From NCBI RefSeq assembly GCF_964355755.1, contig NC_092670.1, forward strand, positions 5,632,201-5,696,200: a stretch of 64,000 nt of DNA, in the 5' to 3' direction. This DNA comes from Antedon mediterranea (taxonomy: Eukaryota; Animalia; Echinodermata). Both the position numbers and the translations under genes were made by a program. The notes under the pieces are model-generated. The model made no database searches and was not told the origin of the DNA. It saw nothing but the letters and a program-made list of their open reading frames with translations. Shown here one piece after another: positions 25,150 to 35,683 of this stretch (the stretch's first letter is position 1; each line of letters opens with the position of its first letter).

Positions 25150-25272
25150 AAGGCAATGAGAGTAAACCATCTTGCCTAATGATGCAATTAGTATGGTACA
25201 GATAACCTCGAACCCATGCCTCATATCACATGCTAGTCCGATATTATCATTATACCATCACTCTCCAGTATA
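25150..25272 (-). mobile_element. tRNA-derived SINE fragment
   Basis: Minus strand: A-box-like tggtataatg, B-box-like gggttcgagg, followed by cattaggcaagatggtttactctcattgcc core-like segment. Confidence 0.5.
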
Positions 25273-25969
25273 TATGTAGCATGTTGTATCGACCCTCAAA
25301 TAGTGACGTGACAATTTTCTGAAAAGTTTAATATTTATTAATACTACACATTAAAGTAACAATATGATACCTAACAACCCTCCATCAGTTTAAACTTTCA
25401 AGTTTGAAAACAACAATATTGTTGTTCATATGCAATTATAGTTACTTTAAAATATTTAAACCCTCCACCAAATGAAAAATCAAAAATACAATAATGTACA
25501 CCAAGAAACTAGTTTTAGGTACAAGCATAAACTTCTGAGTATTGTTTTACTGTAAACTTTTAAATAAAAATGCAGGCAACGAAACATTGGAATATTCGAT
25601 AAAAATACTATTACCGAAACAGTTGATTCTTAATAATTATACTATATTACATGTTAAAGTTTGACGTGTTTTAACTTATTAGGCCCTATGTATTAATGAA
25701 TAATAGCATATCATTACACGTTGTATAAACTCTCCAAAAACTTTAAATTGAAACTGTAGTCAAGTTTTTAAACTAATAAAAATATAAATAAAATGTCTAA
25801 TTAATATGCATACAACTTAAATTTGTGGGCCCACAGGTCATTGTATACACATAAACTGTAAAAAAATATAATTGGGCAACTATGTCAAAATTGACGTGTT
25901 ATTCATGTCGTAATGGTAAAGTACAGTATATAATAAGTATGCATAATCCCTCCACCAAATTTAGAAGTT

Positions 25970-27883
25970 AGTAGTAATATATGAAGGTACAGCCGTAGAG
26001 GGCGTTTGAGGGGATGAAATTAGTTAATCCTATTATAATTAATACAATGGTAAACAATGGTAAGGAAGTAAAACAATGGAGATGTTATTTAATTTGAAAA
26101 AGACAATGGTTAACGATGGTAAGAAAGTAAGACAATAGAGTTGTTTGGTTTTGGAAGTTAATCAATGACAACAATAAAAAGACAAGAATATAATGAAGTG
26201 ATATTTAAGTATGTCTTGCTTGAACTATACCAACATGTACTTAATTTCTTCCGGAATTTTTAACAATGGAGCTTCGCAATGAATGATTGGTGTAACGTGA
26301 AGCAAGATGTTAAGTTTCACTATTTTTCAAAAAATACAACAATGACAATTGGCTGAAAAAAATTTAGTAAATGCCGAATGTAATCCTTTGACTGTATATA
26401 ACTCTCGAATATTTTTTTATCTTTACCTCATTCCACAACGCTACAGCCTGACAGACTTAGCATATTCAGCCAAAAACCAACAACTAGTTACTATGGGTTC
26501 CGTGATTGATCTTACTATGGACTGTGTGGGGAAGCTACTTAATGAAACAAAAGATACACGGCGCTTCGACACAATGTTCCGACAGGAAATACAACAATGA
26601 CAATTGGCTGAAACAAATTCAGTAAATGCCGAATGTAATCCTTTGACTGTATATAACACTCGAATATTTTGTCATCTTTACCTTATTCCACAACGCTACA
26701 GCCTGACAGACTTAGCATATTCAACCAAAAACCAACAAGTAGTTACTATGGGTTCCGTGATTGAGATCATTGATCTTACTATATATAAGCAGTGATTCAG
26801 AATTTGAAGACGAAGACATACTAGCTATGACTGGTGCCTATTTTACAGCAGAGGAGGAGGAAGAGATGAGAGAAGAGATGGGGGATATGACGTGTTTAAT
26901 GCCCACCTCCAATGAACGTTGATTTCAATAATGTATCTAATACTGAAGAAGACGAACATTATAGATCGAGGATAATTTCTGAAGAGGAGAGGATTGTATA
27001 CGACGACACGTCATCGGTAGTTGACTACCACCTATTTCTGGCAAGAAAAGCCGATGTAGAAGATGAGGTAGAAGATGAGGTGTTTGCGGAAGAGTACCTG
27101 AACCCTGTGCTGAAGGCGGAGATTAAGAAAGAAACTACCGAACTTGAGTACAAAGAAATAATGAGAACAATTGAGAAGGTTTTCATAGAAGAATTTATAT
27201 TCATTCTGAAGGACATGGTTGAACGTTATAACTTTCACGGCTCAAGATATGAACAACTCCTAACATTTTTTCGACCAATTCTGGCATTGAAACTTGTGGA
27301 CAATAGCGCTACCCATTTTGAATGGGCGCTAAACTACTTTCATTTACGTTGTATCAATGTTGATGCATTCGATAAAGCCATAAAGTTGATTACAAATGAT
27401 TCAGAACTTTTTAATAAGATTTTTTACCAATTGTAATTTGTACAAATTTAAAATAATATCTTAACACTTTTTAAAGTAATGTTACATATTTTTATAATTC
27501 TTATTTCTTTTCGGTAAATTTATTATTATTATGGTTGTAAATTATAATGAAATAGAATGTGTGTTAAAATAAAGGTTGTGTTTTTTCTTTTAAAAGCAAC
27601 AACAACGAAAATGAAATTTGATCTTTGCGTGTTATTTAAGTATTTGATTTATTTTTTAAAATTTTCATTTGGGTGAATGAGGGTAATGAGTATGGATGAG
27701 TACTTAAGAAAAGTATATTATGATACTAAGCATCCTGATAGTTTTGGTGGTGTGGACCGACTTTATCAAAATGTAAAAGACGATTTAAATATTACCAAGA
27801 GACAAGTTCAAGACTGACTGAGCAAGCAAGATACATATACATTACACAAATCCATTCAACGTAAATTCAAACGAAACTGGGTA
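25970..27883 (+). repeat. Left TIR of Maverick (~1.9 kb)
   Basis: Reverse complement of 33757-35654 with a few substitutions and indels; includes a ~255-bp internal tandem duplication (~26335-26780). Confidence 0.9.
26912..27436 (+). CDS. Acidic hypothetical protein in left TIR (disrupted 5' end)
   Basis: 174-aa ORF nearly identical to 34204..34860; local indel around 26870-26910 breaks the upstream frame. Confidence 0.5.
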   Translation: MNVDFNNVSNTEEDEHYRSRIISEEERIVYDDTSSVVDYHLFLARKADVEDEVEDEVFAEEYLNPVLKAEIKKETTELEYKEIMRTIEKVFIEEFIFILKDMVERYNFHGSRYEQLLTFFRPILALKLVDNSATHFEWALNYFHLRCINVDAFDKAIKLITNDSELFNKIFYQL

Positions 27884-27922
27884 CTTGTAAGTGCTATTGA
27901 TGAACAATGGGGAATGGATTTG
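27692..27922 (+). pseudogene. Maverick rve-type integrase N-terminal remnant
   Basis: MDEYLRKVYYDTKHPDSFGGVDRLYQNVKDDLNITKRQVQD*LSKQDTYTLHKSIQRKFKRNWVLVSAIDEQWGMDL matches the Polinton integrase N-terminus (YYDPxxPxSFGG...WLxxQDxYTLHKP...DxQWxxDL); in-frame stop and truncated. Confidence 0.85.
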
Positions 27923-27924
27923 GA

Positions 27925-28110
27925 AAAATAACGTGTATAAAATTTGATTCAGACAAACTGCAAAATCAAAGGTTTGACTTTAAATTTCCAAAAATCAAAG
28001 GGAGTCAATTTTGAAATAGTTGGTAGCATGGTACGAGGAATCGGACTGGAAAAAATAACAACAACTAATCCTAACAAAATAACCCGTAAACCAAAATCTC
28101 ACTTAATATT
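27925..28110 (+). pseudogene. Protein-primed DNA polymerase B C-terminal remnant
   Basis: QTNCKIKGLTLNFQKSKGVNFEIVGSMVRG...ITTTNPNKITRKPKSH resembles the pPolB C-terminal CKxKGxTLN...xNF...I.v.NP.KI.R segment. Confidence 0.75.
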
Positions 28111-29044
28111 TATTTTGTATTATAAATTTGTAAAAGTAGTTACCCTATTTTAATTCATGGTAAATTTATTTTTCTAATTAATTTAATTTTTTTAATTTTC
28201 TGTTGAATTTTTATTATTATTTTGTTTGTAAAGTGTATTGCAATAGATTTGTTTAATGAAATAAATTAATTATGTTTGTGACAATTAAAAGTAAGTGTTT
28301 AGAGTAGTTAAAATACCGGTATATTTACATAATAAGATGCCAGAATTCAGTATTAACCATATATTTTCTCATTTAAAATTTTAGATACGATGTTAATTAA
28401 AATGTAGAAATGAAAAATGGCCGTAAAATACATGATTAAAATTTTCTTGTTAAACTATCTTATTTGTGTTCTTATTTGTGTTCGAGTAGAGAGGCTATAA
28501 ACTCAGGGGAGGAAAATGTAGTATCCTCCCTTTTCACCAAGATAAGATGGATGGAATGAAAAAAAGAGGAATGCAATAGGTTGAAAGTTAGTTATTTAGA
28601 ATGATAGCATGAAATGGTATATTTAATGGAAACCGTAACGTTAGAGTCCATACACTGTGCAAGTCCAAGATGCAATTTTGGCTCTGTGTGTATGTGAGAC
28701 GCTTCATATCCGATGTCATCTTAGTACAACTACTACTTACAATTTGTATTTACGGTATAACATATTGCAAATATATAAAAATATGTAGAAGTATATATAT
28801 TGAACAAATACACATACCTATAGATTGAATTGACATGTATACGATATAAAATATTGCAAATATAGAAAAATATATATGTTAAACAAATACCAATACATAC
28901 AGATTATATTGACATGCTACATGTATTTGAACTATTGTCATCTTAAAAAGGTATATATGATGCCTATAAACATATTTTACGTTGATATGCAGGATTTGTG
29001 TCCATTATGATAAGGTAAGAAAGAAAAAGGAATCAATAAAATAA

Positions 29045-30120
29045 TTAAATTATTAACATCAAGTCTTTAGATAGTTTTAATAATTTATCTTTTAAGTTAT
29101 TCGTCCATTTCTTCTGAGCCTTATGTAAATTATGCATAAATTCATTTGTTAATAAATGCTTTAATTCATAGTAAAATAATCTCCAAATTATTTTTGATTC
29201 CTGATTTTGTTTCTTTTCTTTTCTTATTAATAAACACGATTTATAAATGCAAAAAGTAAATATTGAAATAAGTTCATTTACAGTCTTCGTTTCCGATCCT
29301 TTAACAATATTACGCCAGGTTATATCAATCTTTTGTACAAAACAGTTTGAGATCAAAAACTTAAATACAATCCATATGGGTTTAATCTTATTACATGAAA
29401 ATAACAAATGTTTTTCCTTTTCAATTCCACTATTACATCTTTCACATATGTCAATTATAGAAAGTTTCCAAATTTTTAACTTACTTTTACACGCAAGAAT
29501 ACGATGTAGTAGTTTGAAATTGAATTGCGCGACTTTTGTGATATGTTTCATAGAAAACACCTTGTTATACCATACGGTATCCCATGCAAAAGTGTAATTT
29601 TGAAATTCTATCTCCCATTTTTCTTGTGCTATAGGAGTTGATATTATATTTTCCACAAATAAATTATAAAATAGTTTTGCATTAAGTTGTTTTGTATGAA
29701 GCCAAAATCAATCGGTGTTTGTTTGATTATTTACATGTTCACCATTCAAAATAATTTCCTTCCATGATTGTGGTATGGCATTCATTAGCCCTATAAATTC
29801 AATTAATCCATTTTGTTTCTGTGATAGTAATGGTAACACTTCATTCATTGGTAATAATATATTCTCCTTAATTATGTCATTCATAGTTCTATAGCCTGCA
29901 TCAAGCCAAACTTTGAAATAGATTGACTTTCCATTTAACTCTATACATTTATTTTCCCACAATTGTTGGTTTTTAACGTCTTCTATGTTTTGTGGGTCAG
30001 ACTAGTTAAAGTTGTTAATATTAACTATAGCAATTAGCATTTCTCTATAGAAAACAGGCAATAGTTTTAGATCAGAATGATCTTCATTGTTAATTTGAGT
30101 GATATTAACAGTATACTTAA
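29045..30120 (-). pseudogene. L1/Tx1-like LINE ORF2 C-terminal fragment nested in the Maverick
   Basis: ORFs 29708..29962 and 29045..29656: LPVFYREMLIA, WENKCI, AIPQSWK, QFNFKLLHRIL, zf-RVT CERC...EKEKHLLFSC; broken frame. Confidence 0.75.
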
Positions 30121-31031
30121 TAGGGGGTATTTTAATTCATGATAAGTTTATTTCTTGACTTTACTTAATTTTTTATTTTCTGTTAAAGAAGAATGTGTAT
30201 TGAAATACATTTTTTTTTTAACATCAACAACAAAAAATGAAATGTTATCTTTGCGTTTTGTTTAATTCGTGTATGATGTTTTTCTAATTTATTTATACAA
30301 AAAAAAAAAAAAACAAGTTTTTGAATTTGTTAAATGTAATTGCAAACATACATAATAAATGATTACGATTAAAAATTATATTTTGTAAAGTATATTACAA
30401 TAGAATGTGTATTAAAATACATTTTGTTTTTTTTACATCAACAACAAAAATGAAATTTGATCGTTGCGTGTTGTTTAACTCGTGTATGAAGTTTTTGAAT
30501 TTGTTAAATGTAATTGCAAACATACATATTAAATGATAGTGATTAAAAATATTCTGTGTACTTTTTATTTTTTATTTTAAACAGTAGTATTTTTAACAGT
30601 AGTTATATTTTATATACAATAAGTAATATTACAAAAATAAACATACAAAATGTATAAAGCATAGACTTATTAAATTTAAATACAATTTTTTTATTTCAAA
30701 ATGAATTTCATTTTATACGTGTTTTCAATTTTAAATCTTTTAAGAAAGACACAATACGTACTTATATAAAAACGCACACAAAAGAAAACAAATTTGAGAC
30801 GCACGGTTTGTAACGACACTTTCAATAACAAGGCATATTATAAATGTATTTTTACCAAATATTTATAAAGTAAATGCTTATTATTGAGAAATATAAATTT
30901 TAGATAAATGATAACACATCTAAGATTAATTAGAGAGATTAATACAATATGGTGTTCATAATAATTTGTTTTGATGACTAGAGGAAACATCTGAAGACAT
31001 TCAACGAAAAACAAGCTTTAACACCATGTTG

Positions 31032-31215
31032 CTAACGTTTTCCGTCTTCCGACATTACGCTTTCCACAATTTGTTTCCATTTTTTTCTGTTTATGGCAGG
31101 ATGGTTTGTTATTGTGTTAGTGTCTACTAGTCCTTGTAAGTCTTTCTTTATTTTATTCATCCAGTTATTTCTTGGTCTTCCTACGGGTTGTTTTACTTTC
31201 CTGTTAGTTTCCTTC
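31032..31215 (-). mobile_element. RTE-clade LINE 3' fragment
   Basis: RKVKQPVGRPRNNWMNKIKKDL...AINRKKWKQIV fits the RTE ORF C-terminal GRPRxRW...AxDRxxWR motif; adjoins an (aaac)n microsatellite. Confidence 0.6.
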
Positions 31216-31799
31216 ATTGTTTGTTTGTTTGTGTTTGTTTGTTTTAACACCATACCAGTCACTAAGAATGCTACTACTCTGAAAAAAACATCTCCCTTCC
31301 TACACAGAAACAAATTCTGAACGAAAATAAAAAATAAAAAAATAAAAATAATTAGTAAACGAAACACGCGCATTATAAATAAAATGAATAATTTAAGAAT
31401 ATTTGTTAAACTACCCACGAACAAAAAACGAAAAATACTAACCGATTCATCGTCATTATGAAGTTCAAATAACGAAAACTTTTCCTTGAAAAATCCACAG
31501 GAGACACGTTTTACATTCTCTAACTGCAATTCAGTGTCACATTGTGTCGCAACACATGTACATACAACGAGTCCTGTCACAAGTCTGCCAACATTTATTT
31601 TTCTATCGCTCATCATTTGTTCTAATACATAATACAGCGCTTCCAAAGAAATATCTTTACACAATTCTAACACATTAAAATTGTTTTCCAACTCTTTACA
31701 AGCACGAATAGTACTCTGGAGGATGGGTGAATTCAAAACAACTAACCCCGTCAATTTATAATCAATGTATGCTAAAACTACTTCCTCTAAATCAACCAT
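31032..31799 (-). CDS. Intronless Bcl-2-family-like protein (viral-type), C-terminus read through into an RTE LINE fragment
   Basis: BH4-like LEEVVLAYIDYKL, BH3-like IRACKELENNF, BH1-like VLEQMMSDRKINVGRLVT, hydrophobic C-terminal segment; first ATG at 31799. Confidence 0.7.
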   Translation of the reverse strand: MVDLEEVVLAYIDYKLTGLVVLNSPILQSTIRACKELENNFNVLELCKDISLEALYYVLEQMMSDRKINVGRLVTGLVVCTCVATQCDTELQLENVKRVSCGFFKEKFSLFELHNDDESVSIFRFLFVGSLTNILKLFILFIMRVFRLLIIFIFLFFIFVQNLFLCRKGDVFFRVVAFLVTGMVLKQTNTNKQTMKETNRKVKQPVGRPRNNWMNKIKKDLQGLVDTNTITNHPAINRKKWKQIVESVMSEDGKR

Positions 31800-32459
31800 A
31801 ACGCTCGACAAAACAAAGGATAATGGATGTAATTACCAAGAAAGTTACAACTTAAAACCTTTATTTTTGTTTTTAAAAAGAAGTTGTAACATAGAAACTA
31901 ATTTTGTCAGGAAATGTGTTTTTATTATTTATGTGATTTATTTGTGTTTAGAAAGTTACAACATTAACATTTAATTTGGTAAAACAATTTGAATATACGG
32001 AGCCGATTGTAATTTTTAATCCTTAGTATAGTGAGAGATTTTATAAACAAAAAAAGAGCGAACGGAAATTAATGATTGCAGATTAGACATTATATAGAAA
32101 TGGATTGAAATTGGAAATCTACATGATCAAAGAAAAGAAACCCATTGTTCCGACAGAAGCTAATGACATTTACAAAGGATGACACAGTTTGAATAGAGTA
32201 AATACCGTATAACATAATTAAATTTTGTCAAGATAGTTGTCAAAAATAAATAAAATATATTATACTGAATTTACTTTGTACATTTATTTAATTTAGGCCG
32301 TAATTAGGTTTGTGGTTCATTTATGATTGTGACAAAAAAATACATACTAATAAAACAGCTATAGGCCTATAAAAAAAGTAAAAAAAAAATAATGATTCAG
32401 TGTTATAATTTTATTTACCTGTCATTATGTTAATAAAACATATTCTAAATTTAATTTAA

Positions 32460-33105
32460 GGACATTTGTTACATACAAATAATTTTGTAAAGAAATTTGT
32501 TACATAAGATAAATTTGTTAAGAAGTTTGTTTCATAAAATATCTGTGAAGATAAATTTGTTACATAAAAATAATTTTGTAAAGAAATTTGTTACATAAAT
32601 TTATTTTTTACAAGAAGTTTGCAACAGAAAATTATTTTGCAAAGAATTGAGTTGCATCAATTGATTTTATCAAACGTATGTAACATAAAAAAATTATGTT
32701 GTTGAATGAAATATTTTGTAATTCAGTTTATTTGCTCAGTAGTTTGTTTAAGTTGTTAAGTCTTGTTTGTGTAATATTCTTGTAAATAAAAGAATTTATT
32801 TTTAACCTTTGTAATTATTTTGTAAATATCATTTATGCATTTTTTTCCCCGTAAATAATTGAATTTATTCATACTTTTTGTATGGGAATCAATATTTGTT
32901 TATAAATTTAATTGTGATTATAGATTTCTTCTTTATTTAGTATGTCGATTAATTTCAGATTCAGAAACATGTTACACAAGAAACAAAAATTGTCATGAAA
33001 TTCGTTACATAAAAAATAATTTATCAAGAATCTTTTTTTACATAAATTTAAATTTATCATTAATTTTGTTATAAAATTTATTTTGTCATTAAATTTGTTA
33101 CATAA
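32460..33105. repeat. Degenerate minisatellite (aaatttgttacataaaaa core) inside the Maverick
   Basis: More than 10 recurrences of ttgttacata-like units. Confidence 0.65.
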
Positions 33106-33150
33106 AAAATAGTTGTTTCATGATTCTTGTTCCTTTTGTTCAGTACTTAT

Positions 33151-33380
33151 ATGAAAATTCAAGTTAAGAACGCAATGACAATGACTGGGTGTTTAGCGTG
33201 ATTAGCGGACCGCTTTCCTCCAGTAAATCGGTATTTGTTAACAATCTTTTAGAGAATAATTACTTTGACAAGTCGTTTGATGATATGACATAGTGTTATG
33301 GCGAATATCAAACTTAGTTTACGGAACTAATTACTGCAACATCTGACATAAGTTATAAGAAGGGTATACTTATACATTGG
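33151..33380 (+). pseudogene. Maverick A32/FtsK-like packaging ATPase N-terminal remnant
   Basis: MKIQVKNAMT..(frameshift)..VISGPLSSSKSVFVNNLLENNYFDKSFDDMT*CYGEYQT*FTEL...ISYKKGI: decayed Walker A (GPxxSGKS) plus WCYGEYQ-like motif. Confidence 0.75.
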
Positions 33381-33756
33381 ATGTTTTCGATGTTAGTAAA
33401 TAACACAATGATGAATAACTAGATGTTTACGCCTTCACTGCTATAATTACAGTTAGAATGTCATAAAGGGTAAATCGGTATTCTTTAAAGAATTAGGCCT
33501 ATAAAACAATTAAATTGTCGAGTTGCTTGACGTTAGAGAAGTAAATGTTGTTTGTGTTTACATGTGTGTCATAGTAGAGAATGAATTATAAAACCATTAC
33601 ATTGTCGAGTTTCTTGTCGTTAGAGAAGTAAATGCTGTTTGTGTTTACATGCGTGTCATAGTAGAGTTTTGTGTTTACATGCGTGTCATAGTAGAGTTTG
33701 TAATTACGTTTTTTTTCATACACAACTATCAAAAACATATAATACATTTATATTTA

Positions 33757-35654
33757 TACCCAGTTTCGTTTGAATTTACGTTGAATGGATTTGTGTAATG
33801 TATATGTATCTTGCTTGCTCAGTCAGTCTTGAACTTGTCTCCTGGTAATATTTAAATCGTCTTTTACATTTTGATAAAGTCGGTCCACACCACCAAAACT
33901 ATCAGGATGCTTAGTATCGTAATATACTTTTCTTAAGTACTCATCCATACTCATTACCCTCATTCACCCAAATGAAAATTAAAAAAAATAAATCAAATAC
34001 TTAAATAACACGCAAAGATCAAATTTCATTTTCGTTGTTGTTGCTTTTAAAAGAAAAAACACAACCTTTATTTTAACACACATTCTATTTCATTATAATT
34101 TACAACCATAATAATAATAAATTTACCGAAAAGAAATAAGAATTATAAAAATATGTAACATTAATTTAAAAAGTGTTAAGATATTATTTTAAATTTGTAC
34201 AAATTACAATTGGTAAAGAATCTTATTAAAAAGTTCTGAATCATTTGTAATCAACTTTATGGCTTTATCGAATGCATCAACATTGATACAACGTAAATGA
34301 AAGTAGTTTAGCGCCCATTCAAAATGGGTAGCGCTATTTTCCACAAGTTTCAATGCCAGAATTGGTCGAAAAAATGTTAGGAGTTGTTCATATCTTGAGC
34401 CGTGAAAGTTATAACGTTCAACCATGTCTTTCAGAATGAAAACCTTCTCAATTGTTCTCATTATTTCTTTGTACTCAAGTTCGGTAGTTTCTTTCTTAAT
34501 CTCCGCCTCCAGCACAGGGTTCAGGTACTCTTCCGCAAACACCTCATCTTCTACCTCATCTTCTACATCGGCTTTTCTTGCCAGAAATAGGTGGTAGTCA
34601 ACTACCGATGACGTGTCGTCGTATACAATCCTCTCCTCTTCAGAAATTATCCTCGATCTATAATGTTCGTCTTCTTCAGTATTAGATACATTATTGAAAT
34701 CAACGTTCATTGGAGGTGGGGGTTGAATCGCCATTAAACACGTCATATCCCCCATCTCTTCCTCCTCCTCTGCTGTAAAATAGGCACCAGTCATAGCTAG
34801 TATGTCTTCGTCTTCAAATTCTGAATCACTGCTTATATATAGTAAGATCAATGATCTCAATCACGGAACCCATAGTAACTAGTTGTTGGTTTTTGGTTGA
34901 ATATGCTAAGTCTGTCAGGCTGTAGCGTTGTGGAATGAGGTAAAGATGACAAAATATTCGAGAGTTATATACAGTCAAAGGATTACATTCGGCATTTACT
35001 GAATTTGTTTCAGCCAGTTGTCATTGTTGTATTTCCTGTCGGAACATTGTGTCGAAACGCCGTGTATCTTTTGTTTCATTAAGTAGCTTCCCCACACAGT
35101 CCATAGTAAGATCAATCACGGAACCCATAGTAACTAGTTGTTGGTTTTTGGTTGAATATGCTAAGTCTGTCAGGCTTTAGCGTTGTGGAATGAGGTAAAG
35201 ATGAAAAAATATTCGAGAGTTATATACAGTCAAAGGATTACATTCGGCATTTACTAAATTTTTTTCAGCCAATTGTCATTGTTGTATTTTTGGAAAAATA
35301 GTGAAACTTAACATCTTGCTTCACGTTACACCAATCATTCATTGCGAAGCTCCATTGTTAAAAATTCCGGAAGAAATTAAGTACATGTTGGTATAGTTCA
35401 ATCAAGACATACTTAAATATCACTTCATTATATTCTTGTCTTTTTATTTTTGTCATTGATTAACTTCCAAAACCAAACAACTCTATTGTCTTACTTCCTT
35501 ACCATCGTTAACCATTGTCTTTTTCAAATTAAATAACATATCCATTGTTTTACTTCCTTACCATTGTTTACCATTGTATTAATTATAATAGGATTAACTA
35601 ATGTCATACCCTCAAACGCCCTCTACGGGGGCTGTACCTTCATATATTACTACT
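33757..35654 (-). repeat. Right TIR of Maverick (~1.9 kb)
   Basis: Inverted copy of 25970-27883, ending inside the integrase remnant. Confidence 0.9.
34204..34860 (-). CDS. Acidic hypothetical protein in right TIR (218-aa ORF)
   Basis: Open frame SSDSEFEDED...EEEEEM...QPPPP...NKILYQL; no recognised family. Confidence 0.55.
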   Translation of the reverse strand: MRSLILLYISSDSEFEDEDILAMTGAYFTAEEEEEMGDMTCLMAIQPPPPMNVDFNNVSNTEEDEHYRSRIISEEERIVYDDTSSVVDYHLFLARKADVEDEVEDEVFAEEYLNPVLEAEIKKETTELEYKEIMRTIEKVFILKDMVERYNFHGSRYEQLLTFFRPILALKLVENSATHFEWALNYFHLRCINVDAFDKAIKLITNDSELFNKILYQL

Positions 35655-35683
35655 GAAGTTGTGTTTTTAATATTAACAGAAAC

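Larger units (their letters stand above)
25970..35654. mobile_element. Defective Maverick/Polinton (adintovirus-like) element, 9685 bp
   Basis: Termini AGTAGTAATATATG...CATATATTACTACT; perfect 6-bp TSD GAAGTT (25964-25969, 35655-35660); ~1.9-kb TIRs; remnants of rve integrase, pPolB and packaging ATPase. Confidence 0.92.

Noticed and set aside
26349-26795. Two similar short ORFs (26349, 26604) as a gene pair
   Set aside because: They arise from a ~255-bp tandem duplication in the TIR and start at non-ATG codons; only the terminal MGSVIEIIDLT part looks coding
27815-27817. TGA at a conserved Trp position of the integrase, suggesting an alternative genetic code
   Set aside because: TGG is used for Trp in the same frame and the gene is truncated; simple TGG->TGA decay explains it
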